A stretch of DNA of 24,000 nt from Cetobacterium sp. SF1 (GTDB lineage: Bacteria; Fusobacteriota; Fusobacteriia; Fusobacteriales; Fusobacteriaceae), in NCBI RefSeq assembly GCF_050033475.1, contig NZ_CP188322.1, forward strand, positions 101,953 to 125,952, written 5' to 3'. Below the pieces are notes generated by a model. The model saw only the letters and a list, made by a program, of their open reading frames with translations, did not search any database and was not told where the DNA came from. How positions within the stretch are numbered: the stretch's first letter is position 1; each line of letters begins with the position of its first letter. Positions 22,155 to 24,000 of this stretch are shown here, piece by piece. The position numbers and the translations under genes were made by a program.

Positions 22155-24000
<1,846 letters not shown>

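Overview
The window is strongly AT-rich, Gram-negative-type chromosomal DNA. Its composition and protein flavour look Fusobacteria-like, but that is inference only. It is densely coding and mostly housekeeping or accessory metabolism. I support 26 CDS, no RNA genes, no CRISPR array, and no obvious transposase or integrase.

Gene content, left to right:
- a 5'-truncated hypothetical ORF and an OmpA-family outer-membrane protein
- a three-gene ccdA / YffB(ArsC)-like / acidic-hypothetical cluster
- an EamA transporter and a small hypothetical protein
- an ebg-type beta-galactosidase operon on the minus strand (GH2 LacZ/EbgA, EbgC/YhcH-like, YgjI/YjeM-type APC permease), with a divergent LacI-family regulator
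- a ParA/Soj-type ATPase translationally coupled to an uncharacterised 231-aa protein
- yjdM/phnA, yaaA and a second APC permease
- a 30-codon small ORF plus hairpin, followed by pabA-pabB-pabC
- an alanine/glycine:cation symporter and a 6TM ion channel with an unusual pore motif
- an NlpC/P60 lipoprotein / secreted FMN-binding protein / orphan OmpR-type response regulator cluster
- a 3'-truncated GH63 YgjK-like lipoprotein, which is absent from the supplied ORF track because it runs off the window

Several ORF-track starts are over-extended, and I corrected them using RBS positions.

I see no clear defence island or obviously new multi-gene system. The best candidate for something undescribed is the orphan ParA module at 10644-12087. 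It sits directly behind a sugar regulator, has a non-ParB partner, and carries a GC-rich 23-bp perfect palindrome in rare codons inside the partner gene.

Other points worth checking:
- the cross-phylum ebgR-ebgAC-ygjI...ygjK linkage
- the small-ORF/hairpin leader in front of pabABC
- the FMN-binding protein plus orphan response regulator
- the TVGTG channel
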